Made by a program: the position numbers and the translations under genes
Notes under the pieces: model-generated
What the model saw: the letters and a program-made list of their open reading frames with translations, nothing else
The model's database searches: none
What the model was told of the DNA's origin: nothing
In this document: positions 49,203-58,938 of the stretch, piece after piece
Layout: each line of letters opens with the position of its first letter
Position numbering within the stretch: the stretch's first letter is position 1
Origin: an uncultured delta proteobacterium
GTDB taxonomy: Bacteria; Desulfobacterota; Binatia; Binatales; Binataceae
Length of the DNA: 64,000 bases
Direction of reading: 5' to 3'
NCBI GenBank assembly: GCA_963794325.1
Contig: CAWCDG010000002.1
Span: 160,001-224,000, forward strand

Positions 49203-50045
49203 ATGGAACGGACTTCGATTCGATTAGGCGGGGTCGAGCTGGCGTCGTCGGTGATGAACGCGTCGGGCGCGCGATCGGCCGAGCGTGGCGAAATTTATGA
49301 ACTGTGCGCGGTGCACGGCGGCGCGATCGTTTTCAAATCGTGCAACCGCGCCGGACTCGATACGCCTGAGAACCTGAAAAATAAAGGCGTCGATTATTTT
49401 GCCGAGATTGCGCACGAGCTGGTTCCACGCGGCAAGAAAAGTATCGGCAGCGTGGTCGGCGCCAGCGAAGATGAATTCGTCGATGTTGCGAGAATCCTCG
49501 ATCGCGCCGGCGTCAGTATCGTCGAGCTGAACCTGGCCGACGATTACGTGACGAAGTCCGTGGCGCCGTTCGGGTCATTCGAACGGCTGAAATCCCTGAT
49601 CGGCAGAGTTCGCGGCGAGACCCAGTCCGTACTGGCGGTGAAGGTGCCGCCGCGCGCGACGTTCGAGCCGCGCGCGATCGCAGACCTGTTCAAATCGATG
49701 CGCATCGCGATCGCGGTATGCGCCAACGATCTGCCGAAGGATCTTTCGATCGACATCGCAAGCGGCGCAGTCCAGGGGTCGTCGCGAGCGCTGTCGCAGG
49801 CGCACGCGTTTTTCAAGGAGAGCGAAAACTTGCTCGACGTGGTGGCGGTCGGCGGAATCAACACGGGACGCGACGCATACATCGCGCATCTGGCGGGCGC
49901 AAAGGCCGTGCAGGTCGGATCGGCGCTGATGAAAGAAGGCGCGGGCGCGCTGGGCCGAATCGATCGCGAGCTGGATGCGCTGCTGGGCGAGAATGGCCAC
50001 AAGTCGGTCTCTGAAATCGTCGGCGGGGTTCGATTTTCAGGATGA
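49203..50045 (+). CDS. Dihydroorotate dehydrogenase-like FMN protein (divergent)
   Basis: VMNASG, KS, ELNL, VKVPP, VAVGGI.TG.DA...AGA.AVQVGSAL; lacks the NxSCPN catalytic loop. Confidence 0.7.
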   Translation: MERTSIRLGGVELASSVMNASGARSAERGEIYELCAVHGGAIVFKSCNRAGLDTPENLKNKGVDYFAEIAHELVPRGKKSIGSVVGASEDEFVDVARILDRAGVSIVELNLADDYVTKSVAPFGSFERLKSLIGRVRGETQSVLAVKVPPRATFEPRAIADLFKSMRIAIAVCANDLPKDLSIDIASGAVQGSSRALSQAHAFFKESENLLDVVAVGGINTGRDAYIAHLAGAKAVQVGSALMKEGAGALGRIDRELDALLGENGHKSVSEIVGGVRFSG

Positions 50046-50163
50046 GCGCTCGCGCATCGCGACCGCCGGCCGGGGCGACTTGCTCCGCTTCTTGCGGCTC
50101 TGATACTTTCCACTGTCGGGCGCGCGCACTGCGCGCGTTCGTATTTTCAGGGTTCGCGCCAAC

Positions 50164-50241
50164 GTCCCCGTCGTCTAGCTCGGCCTAGGACACCGGCCTT
50201 TCACGTCGGTAACACGGGTTCAAATCCCGTCGGGGACGCCA
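50164..50241 (+). tRNA. tRNA-Glu (anticodon TTC)
   Basis: GTCCCCG acceptor stem pairing with CGGGGAC, anticodon arm CCGGC-CTTTCAC-GTCGG, T-loop GGTTCAAATCC, encoded CCA. Confidence 0.96.
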
Positions 50242-50852
50242 TCACCCAGCCTCACTGGCAGAGCCACTTCGGCGCTTTCCAGCAATTCGCCGCTTCGACC
50301 TATATCTTACTCTAGTCAGTCCACCGAAACTCACATTGTACGCCCGTATTCATCCCCTTGGTGGTCAAGGTGGTGGTCAGAATTCCGTGCGCCGAATTCG
50401 GCCCTGATCTCGATCACTGGGAACCACCGATCAAGCGGGAACTCTTTTGAAGCTAGCGGCACCCAGGTTCTTTGGGGCCGGTGCTGGGAAGGCGGCGGCG
50501 CTCCTGCCTACTGGCCGTGGATTCAGGTGATTCGTACTTTACTCGGTGCGCTAAACCCCGAAGAGAGCGTAGTCTCTTTGTGGAGTCTGAGGTCGCCCTT
50601 GCGATGATCCGCGATCTGGCGCAGATCGTTCCTGAACTGCGGCTCTCACAATCGTCGCTGCGAACTCCAGTAACCCAAAAGCTCGAGCCAAGCGAAGCAC
50701 GCTTTCGGCTGTTCGATGCAGCGCGCAGCGCGCGAACCCTTGACGGTGTACCGGCGCGGAGGTTATCGGCAGTTGCATCACGCTCTCCAGATCCAGCTAC
50801 GATCGGGCCCTCTCGGCGCGCGCTCGCGGGGACGACAGCGCGCGCCGGTGCG

Positions 50853-53800
50853 CTAAGGCGTATACCGGTAGAGGCGCTGGCAGTTGGCCTCGACCATGCT
50901 GGTCTGCCAGTCGACCACACCGCCACAGTTATCCCCGTTCACGAAAAGCGAGCTGGTCCCCGCTAGCGGTACACCCGGGACGTCGTCGTTGCCGACGTTT
51001 GACGGGGACAGCAGGACGAGCTCTCCGTTGCGATAGGCGAAAGACTTCGCCGTAAGGATCGCATGTACCGGCGAGAGAGCGCCCCGCATGAGGAGCCAGC
51101 CGGACGCGGCGTCGTATCTCCACCCTTGCGCCGGCCCGGCCGTTCCGAACTCGGTTTGGCTGCTGGCGAGCGCCGGGAACGGTACCTCGAAGCCCGGGAA
51201 CGCTGTGTGGCTAGGTGTCGTGGACATGTACGTACACAGATCCGTGCCCGGATTGTACGCCCAGAAGTACTGGACCCCGTCGGCGACCAACCGGAAGTCG
51301 CCGTAGAGGGAGCACGCCTTCAAGTACTGGGTGGAGGTGCTGCTGATGGGGAAATACTGCACGGTGGGTGAGCTGCCGATCGGATACCCCTCCCGGATGT
51401 ACTGGACGCCCCCGCCGCCCGGCCCCTCGTAGACGATCCCGTCGACCACCGTGGCGTTGAACGGCACAAGGTAGTAGGCGCCCTGGTACTGGACGATCCG
51501 ATCGCCCTCGCCCTGGATGTTGGCCAGCGCGTCGCCCGGGCCGATCGGCACCGGCGAGCTGGCGTCGATCTCGTACGCGCCTCCCCCGGCCGCTGTGAAA
51601 AAGAGCTTCCCGTTGATGACGGACGAGTCGCCGCCGTGGCGCTCGGTCGGGTTCCAGACCGGAGCGTCGTCGCCGCCGGGGACGATGTCCGTGCGGTTGG
51701 AGCTGGCTAGGACGGGCGGGTCGCCAGGCGCCCACTTGTAGATCTTACTGTTGCCGTTGACGGTGCCCTTAAAGAAGAGCACCCCTCCGACGTTGGTCAG
51801 CAGCGAGATCTCATCACTACCGCCCGGCACGAGATTGCTGATGGCGTTCGCGGCGACCAGCGGGCCGTCGCCCACGGTGTGCTCGAAGAGCTTGTATTGC
51901 GGGTTGCCGGCGGAGCCGATGTCGCCGATGAAGTACAGCGTGTTCCCGATCGCGAACATTGGGATGTTGGGCATCTGGAAGTCGGCGTTGATCTTGACGG
52001 TGGCCAGCCCCTCGCCCGGGGCGTGCGAGAAGAGCCCGTACTGCGGGTTCGAGTTTCCAGGCACGGTGTCGCTGCGCGCGCGGAAGTACATCCGGTCGCC
52101 GACCTGCGTCAGGGCACTCGGGTACTTCGTGCCCGAGGCGACGTCATCGCCGTCGCTGTCGATGTCGACGGTGTCGAAAACCTGCTGCGCCGTGGTCGAG
52201 CCGGCCGGCAGGACGTAGAGCTCGTGGTTCCCGTACCCGCTCCGTCCGTTGCCTCGCTCGAAGCCGTAATTGGGGAACTTGTCGCTGTGCAAGTACCCGA
52301 CGAAGCCCTCGTAGGACAGGAAGTAGACCGCATCGCCCAGCGTCGCGGAGGTGACGACATAGGACATTGGGGCGGTGTTGACGGTGAACGCCGGGCTCGC
52401 GCTGACGCTCGACGAGACGGGCCACGCCGTCTGGTAGAACTTCAGGCCCTTCGAGGAGTCGCGCCCGTTAAAGTAGAACTGGTCGCCGATCAGCCCGACC
52501 GGTGTTGAGGGCTCGCTGCACGGACTGCTGCACGTGGCGACGAGGGGCGTCGTCACCGTCGCCAGTCCGCCGGGCGTGTAGGCGTAGATCTCGCGCTCTT
52601 GTGTGTTGTCGAGCGCGGAGAACACCACCGTGCCGTTGATGACGCCGAGGTCGGCGATGTTGCTGATTCCCGCCGAGAGCATGGTGGGCGCGGCGTCGCC
52701 GATGGTCCAGCTCGCGAGCCCCCCGCCGTTGTCGAAGTAGTTGACGTTGTTCAGGAGGATACCGGTGGCGACCTCGATGCCGACGGGCGGGGTGCCCGGC
52801 GTCGTCGGCGCGGTCACCGGCGGACCTCCCGGTGTGTACCGGTAGATCCCGTCCGCGGTGGCGAAGACCAGCTGGCCCGCGTTGACGCCAAGGAGGTAGA
52901 GCCCGTCGGGAGTGACGACGGGCGTCGGAAGGTTCGTGATCGCGCGCGTCTTCCGCATCTGCGGGTTGTACTCGTAGACGTCGTAGCGCGATCCGTTGTT
53001 CGCCACGAAGTAAACGAGCGTGCCGACGCCGATCGGCGCGAAGTAGCCGGGGGCAGGCGTATCATTGCCGAGATTAAAAGGAATCGATCCCGTCTGGCCG
53101 TTCCCAAGCGCAAGGTCGGGCTCGGTCGCGATCTGGTCGGGGATCGGGTTGCACATGTCCTTATTCACGTTCGCGATCGGGTCAGTCACCATCGGATCTC
53201 CGGGCGCGTACTTGTAGATCTTGATGCAGCCCTTGTTCGAAAACGCGTTGAAGTAGATGACGCCGTTGACCACGCGGACGCCCCCGGCCCACTGGTGGTC
53301 CGGGCCGGTCGGGTTCGTGTTCGATCGCTGCTGGACGCCGCCGACCGGGTCGTAGGAGTAGAGCTTGCCGCCCATGCCGTTGCTCGCGAAAAAGTAGATC
53401 TGCCCGTTGAGCGAGATCCCGCCATCGAGCGCGCCGTCGTCGATCACGTTGTTGTTGGTCGGGATCGCGACGAGCTGTTTCCGCTTGGGCGTGACGAGCG
53501 TGGAGATACCGGGCTCGACCGAGAGTGAGTTGGTGCTCACCTGGATGCCGGAGATCGTCGTGCTCGCCTTCCCGACCGCGACCGTCACCGACTGCGTGGG
53601 GCCGGTGACCAGCGCGAGCTCGAAGAGGAAGCCGCCGTCGCGTGGCAAGAGCAAACTCGCCCGCTTGGCCTTGCGGTCGGTGGTCGTGATGTTGATCGGC
53701 TTGGCGCAATCGACCGGGCTGGTTCCGTTCAACAGCGTGACCTGAAGCTGCGCCGGGACGCCGGACTCAACGATCATGGGATACGTCGCCTCGACCGACG

Positions 53801-53909
53801 TGACGGTGCACGGCGGGGGCGGGGGGCCTTTGGTTTGCGCTTCCGTGCCCCCCAGAACCAGAAACGCCACAAGGCTCAGGAGAGAGCTTGTCCGAACGAG
53901 CTTTCGCAT
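50853..53909 (-). CDS. Large secreted beta-propeller repeat protein (ELWxxDGT-like)
   Basis: Signal peptide; recurring NG.(I/L)YF...(K/E)LY.Y.PG units; 1018-aa ORF with strong GC3 bias. Confidence 0.7.
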   Translation of the reverse strand: MRKLVRTSSLLSLVAFLVLGGTEAQTKGPPPPPCTVTSVEATYPMIVESGVPAQLQVTLLNGTSPVDCAKPINITTTDRKAKRASLLLPRDGGFLFELALVTGPTQSVTVAVGKASTTISGIQVSTNSLSVEPGISTLVTPKRKQLVAIPTNNNVIDDGALDGGISLNGQIYFFASNGMGGKLYSYDPVGGVQQRSNTNPTGPDHQWAGGVRVVNGVIYFNAFSNKGCIKIYKYAPGDPMVTDPIANVNKDMCNPIPDQIATEPDLALGNGQTGSIPFNLGNDTPAPGYFAPIGVGTLVYFVANNGSRYDVYEYNPQMRKTRAITNLPTPVVTPDGLYLLGVNAGQLVFATADGIYRYTPGGPPVTAPTTPGTPPVGIEVATGILLNNVNYFDNGGGLASWTIGDAAPTMLSAGISNIADLGVINGTVVFSALDNTQEREIYAYTPGGLATVTTPLVATCSSPCSEPSTPVGLIGDQFYFNGRDSSKGLKFYQTAWPVSSSVSASPAFTVNTAPMSYVVTSATLGDAVYFLSYEGFVGYLHSDKFPNYGFERGNGRSGYGNHELYVLPAGSTTAQQVFDTVDIDSDGDDVASGTKYPSALTQVGDRMYFRARSDTVPGNSNPQYGLFSHAPGEGLATVKINADFQMPNIPMFAIGNTLYFIGDIGSAGNPQYKLFEHTVGDGPLVAANAISNLVPGGSDEISLLTNVGGVLFFKGTVNGNSKIYKWAPGDPPVLASSNRTDIVPGGDDAPVWNPTERHGGDSSVINGKLFFTAAGGGAYEIDASSPVPIGPGDALANIQGEGDRIVQYQGAYYLVPFNATVVDGIVYEGPGGGGVQYIREGYPIGSSPTVQYFPISSTSTQYLKACSLYGDFRLVADGVQYFWAYNPGTDLCTYMSTTPSHTAFPGFEVPFPALASSQTEFGTAGPAQGWRYDAASGWLLMRGALSPVHAILTAKSFAYRNGELVLLSPSNVGNDDVPGVPLAGTSSLFVNGDNCGGVVDWQTSMVEANCQRLYRYTP

Positions 53910-54627
53910 GCTCCCACCCCTAAGAACAGGTTGTCCGCAGTTCTCTTGAGAATGCTTTGCTAGTTCTCATGATCGCCGTCTTCCTTTGTCATAACTCCAT
54001 GACATCGTCAAGGCGCTCATTCGAACGCTCATTCTTGAGAATACCTAGTCACCAATAGTTGGCTTCGCTGCTCCCGTCTGACGACGTTTTCCAGCCACCG
54101 CGGCTGAAGACTCGCCATAGACCCAATCCTGCTCACATCGCAAATCGAAACCACGAAAGTGACAAGCGCGATGGACGACGCCAGCCACTTCATTGTTCCC
54201 GAAATATGATGGCGAGCAGTTGCGGCTAGATCGCTCTGTACTCCGCTTCGCATTTTTTCCGGATTATTGATCTGCTGCGTCCGTTGCGTCATCCGCTGCT
54301 CGTGCTGAGTCTCTGGCAGACTCGGCTTGATCTAATGCGTCATCAGCAGCGTCTTTCGCTTTATCTGACGCGTTTGAGATACGCGGATGCCAAAATGTGG
54401 AAATGGTTTCGTGACTATCGCGACCGGTTGATTTGAAAGAGCGCCGCCACAGACCAGCATTAGCTTAACGGGACAGGGTCGACCCGGGCCAGCCGCAGCG
54501 CTCCCTTCCGTTGACTCAGTCCTTGCTTGAGCGTTCGGCTTCGGCGATGAGCGCAGAGAGCTTCTTTCCGAGGGCGTGGGCGACTCGCTCGGCAACTTGA
54601 AGCGGCACGTCGTGAATTTGCGCTCCG

Positions 54628-55089
54628 CTACGCCGAGGCACCGACCTTCGCGAGCCAGCTCTCTGGGGTCATCTTGAACGTTCCCAGAAGTTGGAGCAGT
54701 CGCTCGCTCGGCGCGGTTGTAACGAAGATGCCGCCTTCCGTCCAGGATCCCGTCTTCGTCCAGCCCATCTCGTCGGCGAGACGGATCGCCTCTCCGTACG
54801 TGAGGCAGTAGCAGACTGCCCGCGGCAGATCTGCGACGTGCCAAACATAGGCGATCAGGAGATCCGGAAACTTCTCAAGCTTGCGCCAGATCCCGAAGCT
54901 CCGCTCGCTCGACGCCTTCATCTGGATAGGCCGCCCGATGAAGTGGCCGCTCTCGTCGAGGTCGACGAACGCTATCAGGTCGATACCGTGGTCGCGTTCC
55001 GGGCGCGCGACCTCGAGCCCGCTCCGGTAGAGCTCGGTGACGAGCCAGTTGCGCCCGACGATCTCGACGATCTGGGAGTCCTGCCGCAT
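54628..55089 (-). CDS. PD-(D/E)XK nuclease-fold protein (DUF4365-like)
   Basis: P..DHGIDLI...IQMK active-site pattern. Confidence 0.7.
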   Translation of the reverse strand: MRQDSQIVEIVGRNWLVTELYRSGLEVARPERDHGIDLIAFVDLDESGHFIGRPIQMKASSERSFGIWRKLEKFPDLLIAYVWHVADLPRAVCYCLTYGEAIRLADEMGWTKTGSWTEGGIFVTTAPSERLLQLLGTFKMTPESWLAKVGASA

Positions 55090-55095
55090 CTTGCG

Positions 55096-55125
55096 ATGTT
55101 ACTCATAGTCTGTAGACCGATAGGC
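55096..55125 (+). promoter_or_regulatory. C-box operator for an R-M controller protein
   Basis: ATGTTACTCATAGTCTGTAGACCGATAGGC: xACT-N3-AGTC, TGTA spacer and weaker second box, like the PvuII-type C-box; 26 bp upstream of the C gene. Confidence 0.75.
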
Positions 55126-55151
55126 CGCAAGAGACGCTTAGCTAAGCGCGC

Positions 55152-55394
55152 ATGGACTTGCGCCGTCAGGTTGGCCTCAACGTCAGACAGGCCCGCTCCC
55201 GAAAGGGGTGGTCGCAGGAGGAGCTTGCCTTCCGTTCGGGGCTGCACCGCACGTATGTCAGCGGGGTCGAACGTGGGACGCGGAATCCCACAGTGCTGGT
55301 TATCGGCCGGCTGGCGGCCACCCTTGGTATCGCGCCGGCGGAGTTGTTGGAGCCGGTCTCTGACACACGACGACCACGGCCAAGGGAGCGCTAG
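55152..55394 (+). CDS. XRE HTH regulator, R-M controller (C) protein-like
   Basis: SQEELAFRSGLHRTYVSGVERGTRNPT, the HRTY.S..ERG.RN signature of C proteins. Confidence 0.85.
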   Translation: MDLRRQVGLNVRQARSRKGWSQEELAFRSGLHRTYVSGVERGTRNPTVLVIGRLAATLGIAPAELLEPVSDTRRPRPRER

Positions 55395-55523
55395 TCGTTC
55401 GCGAGTTACCGACCTCGGGGACTTCGCCCACTGAAGGAGCCGAACCGCCAGTCTCGCCAGAGCGATGCCGTCGGAAGATGAGTAGGTCGATGAGTCCCAA
55501 ACCGGGTCAACTCCAGAATTTGG

Positions 55524-56789
55524 TCAGACGTTTGATCGCACCAAGTCGACGAGAGGCTTGCAGGCGCACCACGCCGACGCGATCAGATCAATCGCATCAG
55601 CCTTTCGAAGCTCTGGGCAGCGCACATAGTCAAAGACCACGCCCATTTGAAACTCGTAGTTCGAGCCTTCTTTGTTGACGAAAGACCCGTAAGCAGCGGA
55701 CAGCCATCTTGGCTGTGTCTTCGGCGGCCCACCAGACGGAATCGCCGTGCGCAAGTCGAATTCAATGCTCGCATCGACGAACGGCGCTTCACGCTGTGTC
55801 CGCCACCGCCGCTGAACGCCCCTGAACCACGGCGCTGCGCCCTTGTGATTACGGAGCAATGGTTTCAGGTTGCTGACGATATCCTCTACCAACGCTTGAA
55901 ATCCGGCCTCACCCGATCCTTTGAGCTTCTGTTTCGTGACCCTGTTTACGTTGTCGGGCACAGTCACCATCGCTCGAACGTCTTGAGAACCGACGCGTAG
56001 GGTCAAGTGGGGATAGTTGGTAAACTTAGACTCGTCTGAGGCCATGGAGAGCGAGAGAAAATCCCAAACGGCGTCTCCTTGGCGGCCGGTGATGCTCGCC
56101 CGTCCTGGCGATTTTGGATTGATGCCGAGGCGATGCAAGAGGTCGCGACGGGTTCTTAGCTCATTCAGTGCCAACTTAAGAACACGTTTGCCTTCAAGGT
56201 AGGTGAACTGTTGATCGGGCCCAAAAGGAAATCCTGAAAACATCGTCAACGTGCCCTCTCGGAATTGTCCAGTGTCAATAAGCTTCGCCTCGGCGATTTC
56301 CAGATAATCTGCCGCCATTGCTGCCCACTTGCTGTCGGATCCACGTCGCCGGAGCCACGCATACACGTTCCGCCATTCGAGCGGTATTGTGCCTGACGGA
56401 AGGGGTGCTGGAAGTACCGGGGCAATCGCCACCGCTATAATATGTTCGAAGCCTCGGTTTTCGGCGGTACGCCGGTGGCGACGGATTTGGTCTGAACCCA
56501 GCTTCGCGATTACTTTGGTTTCAATAAAAATACACCAGCTTTCTTCATCGAAAATCCAGCCGTCGGGAATGCCTCGGCGTTCAAGCTCGTCCTCGCCCGG
56601 CTCCTCTTCTCCTGGATATTGCTGTTCCAACACCAAAAGCTTGCGCGGGTTTGTGGGAGGATTCACTTCTAAAAGTTCGCGCAGAAAGTGGCTCAAGAGG
56701 ATTCGATCTTCGTTGAGCGCAGTCATCAACGCATGTGTGACGCGATTTTCAGGCTGAGAATATTGATCGAAGACGTTTCTCAAGAGCAC
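55524..56789 (-). CDS. PD-(D/E)XK nuclease domain protein with unknown C-terminal domain
   Basis: EN..T.AL, GIPDGWI, IFIETKV, QIRRH motifs; lower GC than host genes. Confidence 0.7.
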   Translation of the reverse strand: MLLRNVFDQYSQPENRVTHALMTALNEDRILLSHFLRELLEVNPPTNPRKLLVLEQQYPGEEEPGEDELERRGIPDGWIFDEESWCIFIETKVIAKLGSDQIRRHRRTAENRGFEHIIAVAIAPVLPAPLPSGTIPLEWRNVYAWLRRRGSDSKWAAMAADYLEIAEAKLIDTGQFREGTLTMFSGFPFGPDQQFTYLEGKRVLKLALNELRTRRDLLHRLGINPKSPGRASITGRQGDAVWDFLSLSMASDESKFTNYPHLTLRVGSQDVRAMVTVPDNVNRVTKQKLKGSGEAGFQALVEDIVSNLKPLLRNHKGAAPWFRGVQRRWRTQREAPFVDASIEFDLRTAIPSGGPPKTQPRWLSAAYGSFVNKEGSNYEFQMGVVFDYVRCPELRKADAIDLIASAWCACKPLVDLVRSNV

Positions 56790-56877
56790 TCACTCCCAAA
56801 AAGTGTTATTTGGGGCCGCGCCACGCACGCGCGGATTGGACAGACGTTAGCCAGAATTCTAAACCTCCGTCGGTACC

Positions 56878-57282
56878 TTAGACCATTACATAATCCATAG
56901 CCTTGAGCCGGGCGAATATCTTCTTGCACTCCGCTGCGCGCTGGTCGCGCTCTTGCTGCCGAACCTTGGCAGACACCTTTGGGGCCTTTTGCCGCCGAGC
57001 TTCGTCATCGATGTTGAACTGGAGAAGGTCGTGGTACTCCTCCTCCCCGATTAGCTCTTCCCAAGGCTCGAACTGCTCACACGAGTCGAGTGCCGCCTGC
57101 ACCCGGCCGGCAGCAGCCCGGCGGCGCAGGCTCGCGATGGTATCGAGATGGTTGTCGAATTGAGCCTTCAGCTTGCGACCGTTGTATTCGCGACCGCGCT
57201 CGCGCTGAAACCAGCGCTCCAGCCGGTCGAGCCGAGCTGTCAAGTCCCTGAGAAGAGCCTGGTCGTGCGCACGCTTGGGCAT
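56878..57282 (-). CDS. Hypothetical helical protein
   Basis: 134-aa charged, helical ORF starting ~19 bp inside the right att site. Confidence 0.55.
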   Translation of the reverse strand: MPKRAHDQALLRDLTARLDRLERWFQRERGREYNGRKLKAQFDNHLDTIASLRRRAAAGRVQAALDSCEQFEPWEELIGEEEYHDLLQFNIDDEARRQKAPKVSAKVRQQERDQRAAECKKIFARLKAMDYVMV

Positions 57283-57420
57283 CACGCCGAGCGTGCAACA
57301 CGTCGGGGACGCCAAGGGTTCTTGAGTTTTCGGGGCGTTTGAACCGTCACGGGATCTTGCGCCGGAGGTATCGGTGAGCAAGAGGGGTTTGGGTCAGGGG
57401 CTCAATGAAATTGCAGGCCG

Positions 57421-58221
57421 TCACTTCCTCATTCTTCCCCTCACGTAACTCACCGCGAAGGCCAACGCCAGAAACGCTACGATCGTCGGTCCGGTCGGAA
57501 GATCAAACCAGTACGATGCGAATATCCCGAGCAGGCTGCACGTCAGTCCAAGACTGGTAGCGACTACGAATGCGACGCTCAAACTTCCCGCAACGCACAA
57601 CGCCGCCGCGCCCGGCGCCACCAGCATCGTGAACGTCAGTAGCGCTCCGACGCCGCGAATCGCGATGGCTACCGCAACTCCCGCCGTCACGTAGAAAATC
57701 GTGTTCCACAGATCGACCCGGATTCCGAGTGCACGCGCCATGTCCGGATCGTACGCGACGATGAGGAATTCCTTGTACGCGAAATATTGAATCGCGATCA
57801 CCAGTGCGAACGCCAACAGCATCGTCCAAAGCAGCGGCACCGGCACGGTCAGAATATTTCCGAACAGGACGTTTACGATATCGGCTTCGCCGCGCGGCGC
57901 TTTGACGATCAACAATACCGCCGCCGCCGACCCGCCCGCGTACAGCATTCCGATCAGCGCTTCCAGCGGAAGCCGCGGCGAGTCCGCAACCCGCGACAGA
58001 ACCAGAAACGTCAGCACCGTCAATACCAGCGCGACCGCGAACGGTTCGTATTGCAGCAGGACCGCCAGCGCCACTCCGGCCGAAGAGATCTCGGCGACGG
58101 CGGCGCCGACAAATACGATTCGCCGCAACACCACGTACACGCTAAGCGGCGCCAGGCCGAGCGCCACCAGGACGCCGGCGAACAGCACGTGACGCATGAA
58201 GGGAATCGCGAGGAGATCCAT
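57421..58221 (-). CDS. znuB: Metal (Zn/Mn) ABC transporter permease
   Basis: VVLRRIVFVG, LFGNIL, D...ARALG, VGALL, DLPTGP motifs of the ABC-3 family. Confidence 0.85.
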   Translation of the reverse strand: MDLLAIPFMRHVLFAGVLVALGLAPLSVYVVLRRIVFVGAAVAEISSAGVALAVLLQYEPFAVALVLTVLTFLVLSRVADSPRLPLEALIGMLYAGGSAAAVLLIVKAPRGEADIVNVLFGNILTVPVPLLWTMLLAFALVIAIQYFAYKEFLIVAYDPDMARALGIRVDLWNTIFYVTAGVAVAIAIRGVGALLTFTMLVAPGAAALCVAGSLSVAFVVATSLGLTCSLLGIFASYWFDLPTGPTIVAFLALAFAVSYVRGRMRK

Positions 58222-58938
58222 CTATTCCCCTCCCTCGTACGCGCGCGCCAACATCTCGGGCGACAGCATCGTTTGCTTGTCGCCGATCAGCATCCCGCCG
58301 CCGCGCGTGATCAACGCCACCCGCCGCGCAAAGTGCTCGATCGCGCTCTGCAGATGAGTCACGAAGACGATTGTCGTCGATCGTTCGCGCTGCAAGTCCA
58401 GCAGCAGCTCCATGATCGCGCGCTCAGCCTGCACGTCCATGCCGTTGGTGGGCTCATCGAGCAGCAGCGCTTCCGGCTCTCCCGCGAGAGCGCGCGCGAT
58501 CAGCACGCGCTGTTGCTGTCCGCCGGAAAGTTGCCGATAGGGCTTATCGAGGCGGTCGGACATCCTGACCCGCGCCATGCATGCGCGTGCAATCTCGAAA
58601 TCGCGGCCGCTCGCCGCGCGCATCGTGGGGATCAACCCGTAACGCCCCATCACCGCCACTTCCAGCGACGATAGCGGAAAATGCGGATCGAGCCGCTCGC
58701 GCTGCGGGACGTAGCCGAAGCGCAACGCGTCACCGTTGTTCCCGGGAAATTCGATCGCACCTCGAAGCGGCGGCACCAACCCCAGGATCGCTTTGATCAG
58801 CGTGGTCTTTCCCGACCCGTTGGGACCCATCACGCCAAGGAAGTCACCACGCTCGATCGTAAAGTCGAGTTTGTCGAGCACCACGTGTCCGCGGTAGCCG
58901 AGCGTGAGGTCGCGGCCGCGAACCAGATCAGTTGCCAT
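58222..58938 (-). CDS. znuC: Metal ABC transporter ATP-binding protein
   Basis: GPNGSGKT, GYVPQ, LSGGQQQR, LLLDEP, TH. Confidence 0.88.
   Translation of the reverse strand: MATDLVRGRDLTLGYRGHVVLDKLDFTIERGDFLGVMGPNGSGKTTLIKAILGLVPPLRGAIEFPGNNGDALRFGYVPQRERLDPHFPLSSLEVAVMGRYGLIPTMRAASGRDFEIARACMARVRMSDRLDKPYRQLSGGQQQRVLIARALAGEPEALLLDEPTNGMDVQAERAIMELLLDLQRERSTTIVFVTHLQSAIEHFARRVALITRGGGMLIGDKQTMLSPEMLARAYEGGE

Larger units (their letters stand above)
50228..57314. mobile_element. Genomic island integrated at tRNA-Glu 3' end (no integrase seen)
   Basis: 14-bp direct repeat CGTCGGGGACGCCA at 50228-50241 (tRNA end) and 57301-57314; atypical cargo and composition in between. Confidence 0.8.

Noticed and set aside
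50242-50850. Integrase remnant beside the tRNA
   Set aside because: No R...HxxR...Y tyrosine-recombinase or serine-recombinase motif in any listed frame.
53910-54627. Structured ncRNA or small ORFs (54029..54292, 54332..54844) in the island spacer
   Set aside because: No recognisable RNA motif, protein motif or coding bias by eye.
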